This document shows, piece by piece, positions 33,782-44,807 of a DNA stretch of 64,000 nt. The position numbers and the translations under genes were made by a program. Below the pieces are notes generated by a model that worked only from the letters and a program-made list of their open reading frames with translations, was not told the origin of the DNA and did not search any database. The DNA lies in the NCBI GenBank assembly GCA_031835245.2, contig JAVKOQ020000062.1, forward strand, positions 62,001 through 126,000, read 5' to 3'. Origin of the DNA: Balamuthia mandrillaris. Lineage: Eukaryota. Each line of letters opens with the position of its first letter. The stretch's first letter is position 1.

Positions 33782-34902
33782 TTAGAGTGCAGCCTTTTGA
33801 GCAGACTTGGCTGGTCTGGATTTCAACAGAGCAGTGATCTGGGTCAGTTGCTCTCGTGAGACTCTTGGCTCGGCATACAGCCAGCTGCCACCATCCACCA
33901 CCATCGTGTGGCCTGTTATCCAGGAAGCGGCTGGGCTTGCCAAGAATACTGCGGTCAACCCTATGTCCTCCACTGTTCCCATTCTTATATATGCATGAAT
34001 AAAAAAAAGAGGGACGAAGATACAGCTTAATAAATATGAAAGAACAGGAATCAGAACTACAACAAGAATGGGAACAAACCTTCCAACCGGAATTGCAGAA
34101 GCAACATTGGCAGTCCAGGAAGGATCCTTGAATGCCATAGCGCTCAACCTCTCCAAGCCTTCTGTGCCCTGCACGGGGCCAGGCGCTATGCCATTGACAC
34201 GGATGCCGAAGCGACCCCATTCCACTCCCAAACCCCTGGTGAGGGCGTCCACGCCAGCCTTGGCGGCGGACGGGTGAAGCTGCCATTGGGTGGCACCATA
34301 GTGGAGCGTGGCAGAGATGTTGATGATGCACCCGTTGCCTGATTTCTTGAGGGCAGGGAAGCATGCACGACTTACGTTGAAGCTGCCGTTGAGGTCTATG
34401 TCCACCACTGTGGAGTGTTTGTTGTTGTTAGGAGAGAACGAGAGAGAAGAGAGAAGAGAATAGGGATTAGCATAAAGAAGCAGAAGAACGCAGGAAAACA
34501 ACTAAGCAGAAAACAGCACATGAAAAGAGCAAGAAGGACGATAAACAAACCGGTCTTAAATGCATTATAGGACAGCTCCTCAGCAGGACACAAAAAGTTG
34601 CCAGCAGCACAATTGACCACAATGCTGAGCTTTCCAAAGGTTTCCACCACCCGCTTGACCACGCTCTCCACTTCGTCCGGCTTCCTAACATCACCGGCCA
34701 GGCCCAAGGCCTCGATGCCGTCCTTCTTCAGGGACTCCACCGCCTCGGCCAGCTTCTCAGCGCGCCGCCCCGTGATGGCCACCTTGGCGCCATGCAGGCC
34801 CAAGGCGCGGGTGATCCCAAACCCTATGCCGGTGGCTCCCCCCGTGATCAAGGCCACTTGCCCTCGCAACACATCCCCTTTGAACGGGCTTTGGCTTGCC
34901 AT
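33782..34902 (-). CDS. DECR2: Peroxisomal 2,4-dienoyl-CoA reductase (SDR)
   Basis: TGGATGIG, VNCAAGNFLCPAEELSYNAFKT, IINISATLHY, SAAKAGVDALT, IRVNGIAPGP, VVDGG. Confidence 0.9.
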
Positions 34903-35029
34903 TTGTCTTTGCTGCTTTCTAACTTGTGGGTTTATGTCGACGGTAATTAATCGCTAGCTAGTATGTTGAGCAGTTGTGGCCTTTTTTTGCACAAACCTCC
35001 TAGTATGAATTGTCTACAAATAAAACAAG

Positions 35030-35155
35030 CAACGCGAAATGGTTTGGTTTGGCGACGCTGATTTTCCCCGCTAAAGATATCACGGAAACGCACGGACTTT
35101 TTTGCTGCCCTTTTTTCCCTTGCCATTTCTTTTCAGTCCACTTCAAGCGGATGTT
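35030..35155 (+). repeat. Dispersed ~130-bp intergenic element, copy 2
   Basis: Colinear similarity to 13572-13701. Confidence 0.85.
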
Positions 35156-35304
35156 GTGACTGATTGTTCAGCTAAACTGGGAGAAGCTCCACTTTCTCGA
35201 TGAGAGCCACTATGTCTCGAAGAAACTCCAGAGTAATAAAGACATTTCCGTTGTACAAGCAAAAACAAGTCGCTTTTTTTTTTTTGGTTTTCGTTTTTGT
35301 CACT

Positions 35305-37500
35305 TTACTCGGAAGAGCCGCGCCTGGAAATAGTACACATGACAGGATTGTTGGGAGGAGGCATGATGATCAGCGGGTTGGCGGCCGGCATCTCCCCTTC
35401 CTCCTTCTGGTCCAACCATTTGAAGTCGTAGTCTCGGAACATTAGGGTCCAGCAGGTCTTCACCAGCTGTTTGGCAAAGATCTCTCCCTTGCAGCGATGC
35501 GGGCCCGTTCCCCAGAAGCCCCACACCTTACGAGCAAAGGATGCGTCCCTTTGGGAAGAGCGGTGAGCAAGCAGGATAACAGACAGGAGAAAGAGAAAAG
35601 CAGCTTCAAAAACACCAAGCGGAAAGAAAAATAAAAGAAACGTACTTTCCAATGTCTCCTTCAGGAGACCACCGATCAGGATTAAATCGCTCGGGCTCCT
35701 TAAAGACCTCAGGGTCCATGTTGTTGACCAGCGGCGATGTGGTGATGTAATAGCCCTTGGGGATCGTATAGCCGCCATACTCCATCGACTTCATGCACAT
35801 ACGAGAGGCGGAGAGCCCGCCAAAGATGGGACGCACAGTCTCTCTCATGGTGTTTTCCATGTACTCCAGCTTCTTGAGATCTGCAAGAGTAAAGTCCTCC
35901 CCCAAGCCATCAATTTCCTCTCGAAGTCGTTCCCTAATATTAGAAAAAGAAAATAGTGATGAGCGCTAGATTTAAAAGGGAAGAAAAAGAATATTGCTGT
36001 ACATACAAGACATTGGGACGAGTGATGATAGCCATGACCGTCCAGAAGAAGGTTCGAAGGGTGTTAACTCGGGCCGCAAAGAAGATGGTCAAAGTTCTGC
36101 AAACAGTGCACAATCAATTTGGTGGCAAGAAAACAAAATCCAACAACAACCATTCAGAGAGAGCAGAGAGAGATAGCTACCTTTCCAACAATTCTGGTCG
36201 AGTCCAAGGGGTTCCATCTTTGTGAGGAATGGTGACGTAGGCATTCAGGTAGTCATGATATTGTTTGCCTTCTTCCTCCCACTCACGTTTCCGCTTGTCG
36301 ACTAATGATTTAAAAGAAAGAAACAAAACACGTTAAGAAACAGAAGTGAGAATAGGAGAAAATAAGGGATAAACAATACCGATTGGCTGAATGATGTCGT
36401 TCAACTGCTTACGAATGTATCGCACACGGCGAGGAGTGCCAAAGGGAAGCCAGTAGAACAAGATGTTAAAGAAGCTAAGGCCCTTCTCCTCCAATTCATC
36501 GTATAGGTCTTTGAATTCTTTGGGAGCACTTTTGCGGATCTCTTCTCCCACAAAGCAACGAATATTGATATTGGTAACCAGAATATCTATTTCCTCATAC
36601 ATGTTGAACGGCTTGCCTTTATGTTCAAGATGGTAACAATATCGGACAAAAGTTGAGGAGCAGAAGGAGAAGGAGGGGCAGAACAGAGTTAGAGAAACGA
36701 GCTTAAAGATGGAAAGAGGCAACCGTACCCCGTTTAATTAGTTCCTCGGCCCACAGTTTGGTCTCTTCCTTCATGTGGTTGAAGAAGACCTCTTTGGGGG
36801 CGTTGAGCGAGTTCACGATCTTGATCGCTCTCTCGTTGTGGAAGGCGAGGTCGGCTCCGGGGTTGAGCGTCTCAGGACCCAAAATGCCACGGAAGAAGAA
36901 CTCATTTCCTTTGCTGTCAAGGTTGGGTCGCGTTAGTGTGGACAAAAAAGCACACATACACACAAAATGAAGCAATGAGAGAAAGCTGAGAATGGGGGGG
37001 GAGAAGGAAAGACACTCACTTGAAGTCCCAAACCTCATCTTTGGTTTTGTACAAGTCGTCCATCTCTTGCACTCCTGAAGGTGGACACAAAGAGGGAAAG
37101 CGCGACCGACAAGGAAGAGAGTGTGAGTGCCTGAAACACGATTCTCCAAACAAAACCGATCAACAAGAGTGAGAAACAAACCCAAAACAAACACTCGCCT
37201 AAACAAGATTTCATCAATGGTAAAGACGTTGCCATACTTCACATCAGGAAAAAAAAAGTTAATCATCCAAAAAAAAAAGTCAGGAGCCTTTGCGGGGGAA
37301 GAGCTACAAACTTGTTTGCGACACTCGGTCAAGAAACCCAGCGGGTCACGCATCAAGGCGCCGGTGGCGCCGTAGCGACTGCCCTTCCAACGCACCACCG
37401 GCGGGATGCCCGGCGGGTCATAGGTCATGTACTTTACAAAGGCCAACACCAGGATGACGAGCACCAGCACCGTCACCGCCGCAACCGTCCACCACACCAT
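35305..37500 (-). CDS. Cytochrome P450 (ER-anchored, CYP7/8/51-like)
   Basis: N-terminal anchor followed by PPGIPP, ETVR (ExxR), PERFNPDRW, heme motif FWGTGPHRCKG. Many introns. Confidence 0.93.
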
Positions 37501-37936
37501 TCTTTTTTTTTTTTTTCGTTGGTTGTTTCGGTTTTGTTTTTGTTGGAGAACAATGAAAGCAGAACAAAGAAAAGAATGAAAAAAAAAAACTGTCTCTCTT
37601 TTCCGCACACACAAACCTTGCAGATTTTGTTGTTAATTGAATGAACTGCTTCGGTTTCCTAATGCGGGACGTCGACGGGAATGGAGAAGCACGGGAAAGG
37701 AAAAAATGGGCCGCGGATTGGAGATTTAAGGTCGCCTCATTACGCACGGGTTCCCTGGCTAATTTTTCCAGTTTGGAATGTAGATCCGTGAGCTTTGCTA
37801 TTATGGGTTGCGTGTTTTAGCATATTCCGTCGACATGTGGATTTGTGTAGACATGTACAATTATTTTAGAGGAATCGAGATCAACCTGGAATTGATCGAG
37901 AAGACAGCGTCACACGCACACATACACGCAGCCGCC

Positions 37937-38934
37937 ATGCAGAGAGGACTGTTTGGCTTTGCTTTGGCGGGGAGGAAGACGCCTCTTGCCCAGCCGCGCT
38001 TGCTCCACTCGCGCAGCGTCAGCGCCGCTTTTTGGTACGAGTGCACGCAGCCTCAAGATACATAAAAAAAAAACTTTCACATAAGCACCCTCACTCACCG
38101 CAAACCCGTTTGCAGCGCACAGCGAACCGTGCGGGCATGTCCTTCCATCCGTTTCGGTGGGTCTCGCCCGCTGGTGGGCTCCATTCCTCGCGGACGTGCC
38201 CTGCACACTGCTGCCTCTACCACTGCCCCTCCGGTTGTCTCTACCATTGCAACCGCAGCGCCCAATCTGAAACGAGGAGAAGGTCCACTACACTCCCCAT
38301 TAGTTATTTTTGGGTGTTTTGTTGACACTTTTCGTCTTTAGAGAGGGAGCGTTGTTCTCTTTCTGTCGGTGATAGACTACATGGCTATCGAGTGCTTCGT
38401 GTAACCACTTCTCTCTCTCACTCTCTCTCTGCTCTTTCCCTCTCTCTTTTAGTCTTTCTCTCTTCTCTTGTTCTAGTTCTCCTCTTCTTTCTTCGCTAGT
38501 GGGCTCCCTCTCGTCTCCCCATTTATGACTTTTCCCCTTATTATAGGTAACACCAGTGCCAGAGCGTAACTTTATGACATACCACCTTATTCATGAGGCC
38601 ACTGGAGCAGAGCACTTTCACGTCGACTGTGCTGATAACAATAATGCCTTCTTGTACCTTTAATTTCTGTTTTCTTCTCTCCTCTCTCTTCTTCTTCTTC
38701 ATCTTTCTAACTTCATCTGGCGTTCAACTGAAAACAATAGTGTTACACTTAAGACTATCCCAACGGATTCAACAGGTGTGGCTCACATCCTAGAACACAC
38801 AACCCTTTGTGGCTCACAAAAGTATCCTGTTAGAGATCCTTTCTTCAATATGTTGAAACGTAGCATGAATACTTACATGAACGCGTACACCGGTTTGCTA
38901 TCTTTGACAATCTCCTTCTCTTCCTCCCTTCCTT

Positions 38935-38972
<38 letters not shown>

Positions 38973-41900
38973 TATTACATAACTTAACCCTCTCTCTCTT
39001 TCACTCTCTTTCTCTCGCTTCCCCCTCTCTCCCTTACTTCTCGTTGACGGAGAACAGCACCGGATCATACATCATATCCATTTGCCACTCAAAACGCCCA
39101 GGACTTCAAAAATCTCCTTTCTGTCTACTTGAACTGCGTATTCTTTCCTCTGTTGCAGGAAATGGACTTCAGACAGGAGGGCCACCGTTTGGAATTTGAA
39201 CAACTCACAGGTAGGTCATCCACCATCTTATTACCAATCTCTTTTTCATTTGTTAACAAACAAATAGATGCATCCTCTCCACTGAAGTTCAAAGGTGTAG
39301 TCTATAATGAAATGAAAGGCGCTCTGGTCTGTTTCTCTGCTTGTTATGTTGCTGTGTTTCTTCCTTTTACTAACTCTATAAACCTCACAAATTGTTTCTG
39401 CACCATAACATACTCAGTCGGACAGCAACTCGTTATTTGCAGAGCGGCTTACAATGGCGCTGTACCCAACCACCACTTATCACTATAACTCTGGAGGAGA
39501 ACCCAGCGACATTCCAAGCCTCAGCTACGACGCTCTGCGCAGCTTCCACCAACGCCACTACCACCCGTCTAATGCTCGATTTTACACCTATGGAGACCTT
39601 TCACTGAGTGAACACCTCAAGTTCATTCACGATGAATGTCTTTCTCACTTTGAAAAAGAACAACAGCAGCAACATAAAATATCTCCCCCTGTTGTACCGG
39701 ATGAGCAGCGCTTCACATCGCCACAGCGGGTGGAGACTACAGCTCCTCCTATTCCAGGAGCTGACCCCGAGAGACAAAATAAGTTCGCCATCGCTTGGCT
39801 TGCTAATAACACGACCGACACGTTTGAGACGCTGTGTATGAGCCTGCTGTCGAAGTTGTTGTTGGATGGCCCCAATGCGCCCATGCACAAAGCCCTTATA
39901 GAGTCGAACATTGGTCTTGATTATGCTCCTTCCACAGGTTATAATCCTGGTGCCAGGTTTATACCCTTCTGTTTTTCGCGTTCTTTCTATTTTACTCCTT
40001 ATTCTTGTGTTGTAATTCGTGTTCGTTCTTCTTCATTTCTCCTTCATATCGTTTGACATTGCAGAGAAGCTTCATTTGCTGTGGGCCTGAGTGGCATTGT
40101 TGATAAAGATATTGAAAGGGTGGAGTCTATCATCATGTCTACGTTGGAAGAAGCCGCCAAAGACGGCTTTCCGCAAGAGCGTATTGATTCTATTCTTCAT
40201 CAGTTGGAAATAGGCTTGAAGCATGTACGTTTCTTTCATACTCGCTTCTTCTTTATTGTTTTCATCATCATTTTAGCATGATGAACTAATGTAGAATATA
40301 AAACAGGTTACATCCGACTTTGGAATGACCGTTGGCAGTGGAATAAATTATTCGTGGATTCATGGAAATGACCCGGTCAATCCTATCCTCTTTGATAAGG
40401 TACCTTTTTGCTCTTTTTTTTTTTTTTTTTTTTTTTGCACAAATGTAACTGAGACACCGTTACACAATTTCATAAACAGAATATCGGAAGGCTGAAGGAA
40501 GAATTAGCAACGCAGGGTCAAGACTTTTTCAAACAAAGAATTAAAAAGTATTTACTGGAGAATCAACATCGAGTTGCTCTTGTAATGAGGCCAGGTGGGT
40601 TCTCTTTTCCTACTTCGCCTCTTGTGCTTTCTCTAACCACATATTTTTTTATTTGTTCTAGATGAACAATACCTGAGCAAACAAGACAAAGAAGAACATG
40701 AAAAATTGCGGAAGATTCGCTCCAAGCTAACACCACAGGACGTCGAGGCCATCATTGAACAAGGAAAGACACTGAAAGAAAAACAGGAGACCACACAAGG
40801 TACCCCTTCCTTTGCCACATAAACTGTGACACAATTTGTTTAACTCGTTGTTGCTTGTTTCTCGTTATAGATGTTTCTTGTTTGCCAACGTTACATTTGT
40901 CCGACGTTCCAAAAGAAGCCCCAGGTAAAGATGTCAGATTGGAAAGACGAGCGGTACCGCTGTCGCGCGGAATGGAAGTGCCGCTGTTGGCAGTACCTCA
41001 ACCCACGAACGGCCTCACCTACTTTAGAGCGCTTTTGGACATTCACTCCCTGCCAAAGGAACTCACACCTTATGTTCCTCTCTTTGCTTCTGTACGTAAA
41101 ATTTTTAAAGAAGAAAAGCCATCGGAGCTTACTTACCTTTCAAAAGGTATTTACGGAGATGGGAGCAGGCAAGATGGATTACCGTCAGTTTGCACAAGAG
41201 ATAGAAACATACACAGGAGGCATTGGAGTGAGTGCCAACATCATTCTTCATCCAAACGGTTTGATATTGCCCATCTTGTTCAATCTTTCTCTTTTTAGGA
41301 CAAAACTCTAAGTGATGGATTTGGTTGTATAGATGTATCTCAGTACAAAAACCAGCTCTATCTTCACAGCTACTGCCTCGACAGAAATTTGTCTCACATG
41401 TTCGACCTCATCCAAACTGTTTTTAACGAACCAAAGTTTGACGATCTGGAACATCTGCAGTCCTTGATTTCTCAAATGACTTCGGATGCTCAAGAATCGC
41501 TTATAAGCAGTGGCCATTCCTACGCCAAGTCTACCGCTGCTGCTGTCTTCTCTGATGCCTTTGTATGTCATCTCTCTCATGTTCTTTCTTCTGATCCTTC
41601 TTCGACTTCTTTGTTTGAGCCAACCATTTTGCATGCTGTTGTATTGTTCCTAGGCACTCTCCGAGGAATGGCAAGGGGTATCCAACGTTCGTTTCTTGCA
41701 ACAGCTGCTGCAAAAAGGCGAGTTTGAACTCCTTGCCGAGAAGTTCAAAGCCATCGCCAACCATGTTTTGGACTCGAACAGAATGCGATGCAGTCTCGTG
41801 GCAGAGGAAAGCACTCTTCCTGTTGCAGAGAACAAAATGAAAGAGTTCTTGGCGAATCTTAGAGCTGATACTGACACCTCTCACTATGATAGCAAAGCTG

Positions 41901-42673
41901 GCTATAAGGTCTCCCCCCATTCTCTCTCCCCTCTTCTCCTGGTCTCTTCTTTGCCATTATTTATTTGAATATTTTGATAGTCTGCAAACTTTCGCCCGTT
42001 GACGGAAGAGCGATCCACGTTCATCCCCCTTCCCGCTTCTGTTAACTTTGTGGTCAAATGCTTGCCCAGCGTGCCCTATCAACACCCCGACGCGCCGTCT
42101 CTAAGGGTAATCTTTCTCTACTTCACTTCACTTGCAGCCTGTTATTTGAAAGCTTACTCAAAAAAAAAAACCACTACCAAACCAAAGGTGTTAGCCAGTC
42201 TGCTGAGCTCTCAATACCTTCACAGAGAGATCCGCGAGAAAGGCGGCGCTTACGGTGGTGGCGCCCTCTCGGGCGAAGGCCTCTTTGCCTACTACTCCTA
42301 CCGCGATCCCAACACCACTCAAACTCTGGACGTCTACCGCCGCTCTCTGGACTGGCTGCAACGGTCCGAGTCCTTCACGGAGCAGGACTTGGAGGAGGCC
42401 AAGATGCGACTGTTCAGCTCCTTGGACTCTCCCGTGGCTCCCTCCAACCAGGGCACCCAGGAGTTTCTGCGCGACATCACCTACGAGATGAGACAGCGGC
42501 ACAGGGAGGCGCTCTTTGCCACAACGCGAGCGGATTTGCTCTCCGTGGCTGACAGGTATCTGGACGACAGAGAAGGCAAAGCGAAAGCGTCGATTGCGAT
42601 TTTGGGAGCGACGGAGAAGGCGGAGGATGGACAACACGAGGAAGATTTTGAAGAAGAGGGAGAGCGTCAGTAA
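37937..42673 (+). CDS. PITRM1: Mitochondrial presequence protease (pitrilysin M16C; PreP/Cym1)
   Basis: Presequence-like start, [66 protein letters not shown]. Confidence 0.96.
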
Positions 42674-42680
42674 CTTTTAT

Positions 42681-42721
<41 letters not shown>

Positions 42722-42826
42722 GTCTCTCTTTTTTTAAAGAGAAAAGAAAACAAAAAAATTTAAATAAGAGATAAACGCGTTGTTGGTTTGTTGGTGATTG
42801 AGAAGAGAGGAAGAAACACGAGGTGC

Positions 42827-43507
42827 TTAGTTGAGGAGACCATAACCAGCGTCCTCGTGGTTCTTGCGCAGAGCCAAGCAGAGAGCAATGTTGGTGGCCA
42901 GGAAGAAGGGCCAGCCCAAAACAAGGAACCACCAGCCGATGGGAGCCCACACCCTGGTGAGGTTGCCCTCGGTGGTGTGGCCCACAAAGGTATCCCAGGG
43001 ACCCTCACCTTCGGTAAAGCCGGAGGATTTGGAGAAGGCCTTGGGCAAAGCGGCCGCGAAGTAGACGATCACGATGAAGGAGAGGAGCAAGGCGAGCACG
43101 GCCAGCAACACGCAGACCAGGTTGATGGCGGTGGGGGTCCTCTTCACGCAGCAGCAACGGGCGCTCCAGTAGATGGTTACTACGAGGGCCAGGATGGTGG
43201 AGATGAGCAACATGAAGAAGCTAGGCGCAAAGAGGTTGGTGAGGTCGTCGTCCTTGCCCCAGAACTTGGTGGAGGGCTCGTCCTTGCAGGGGTCGATCGT
43301 GCCGCAGCTTCCGGAGGAGGCGCAAACGGCGTTGGCCCAGAGGAACACGGTGGCCACGGTGCAGTCGGAGCTGGAGCTGGAGCTGGTGGGGTTGGGGAAG
43401 GTGACGCTGGTGAAGTACCAGGGGATCACCAGGGCCAGGAAGAACAGAACCAGGGCGAACCAGCTGAGGCAGCTGCCCACGCAATTGCTTGTCTTGATGC
43501 TTCCCAT
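42827..43507 (-). CDS. Intronless 226-aa four-TM membrane protein (claudin/PMP22/amastin-like topology)
   Basis: Four hydrophobic segments, PWY after TM1, Cys-rich first loop, and a W.P..GWW motif before TM4. Confidence 0.8.
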   Translation of the reverse strand: MGSIKTSNCVGSCLSWFALVLFFLALVIPWYFTSVTFPNPTSSSSSSDCTVATVFLWANAVCASSGSCGTIDPCKDEPSTKFWGKDDDLTNLFAPSFFMLLISTILALVVTIYWSARCCCVKRTPTAINLVCVLLAVLALLLSFIVIVYFAAALPKAFSKSSGFTEGEGPWDTFVGHTTEGNLTRVWAPIGWWFLVLGWPFFLATNIALCLALRKNHEDAGYGLLN

Positions 43508-44486
43508 TGTCTCTCTTTCTCTCTGTGAGAGTGCGGTACAAGTAACTATTTACTGTGGTGGTGGTTTGTTTGGCTCTGCGAGAAAAAAGAAAAAAAGAAA
43601 ACAGCAAATAATAATAATAATAAATAGAGACATTACAGTGGAAAAAAATTGGAAGGCCACGAAAAAAAAAATTGGTTCGAACGGACCAATCGTAAAATTG
43701 TGTTGATTATATTAAATGAAATTTGTCCTTATTTAGGTGTGTTGGGTATTTGTGGCTATTAGTATAATAGCTGTCAGAGGCCTCTCCCCCATTGGCTCTC
43801 CCGTGGCTACGAATATTTTCTGGTTTGAATTTTTCTTTTCTGTTCAAAAAAGTTACCACGAAAAGTCGGTCCGACAAACTTCTACGGCTGGCTTTGTTCC
43901 AACTTTTTGCTTGCTTCACGGATGCCACACCGTTCGCTTTTTTCCTTTGCGTTTCATTTTGGTTAGTGGTACCGGAAACGGTGGGTTCGGTTACGGTTGG
44001 TTTGGGGAGAAAGAACAAAGGAGCGACTTGAGTGGGCATTGCAGCAAAAAGTTGTGCGACTGAAGGGGGTTCTCTTCTGAATAAACAATTATCATGGATA
44101 ATTTCCCTTTAAAAGTGTTTATTGCGGACATATGCGATAGTTTTGTCGATAATCATACGATTTACGTTAAAATTTTGGGAAGTAAGCGATAGGCCGAGGA
44201 GAACACGACGTGACAACCAAAGAGCACGCGAAAAAGTTTTGGTTCAGTGAGAGAGAGGAGAGAGCCGAAACAGAGTAAGCAAAAGAGCATTTTGACGGGT
44301 TTGTTTGGTTTGTTTGTGCACCAACAAAGACCTTTACTTTGCTGCTACTTTGTTTTTTTTTTTTTTGTTTTGAGGAGAGAAAAAAAGACCTTCACTCTGG
44401 TCCCTCTCTCGCTCTCTCTCACTTCTTGCGTCGGCGATTGGATTTTTTTGCTTCTTTAAAAAAAACAAGAAGAGTGTTGTGAACCC

Positions 44487-44763
44487 ATGGAGACCCCTTT
44501 TGATAAGCTGGATGAGATCAAGGATGAGGGACAGACATCGACGGAGGCCATGGTAGAGGAACAACCGGCCGAAGGAGGTCCCCCACCACCGCCAACCAAC
44601 GCGCGCGTCTTTGACTTTCGTCACGGCGAAGTGCCCCAAGGTTTTACCTTTCTCTTTTGGTGAGAACTAATCGATATCAGCGCTGACCCTTTCTTTCGCG
44701 GGCTCTCTCTCTCTCTCTCTCTCACTCTCACTCACTCCTCCCTCTCTCGCTCACTGTTCTCGG

Positions 44764-44807
<44 letters not shown>

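Noticed and set aside
42788..43528. Long antisense ORFs (also 54924-56252, 59243-60046, 18092-18595)
   Set aside because: They are shadows of GC3-rich real genes on the opposite strand and carry no motifs.
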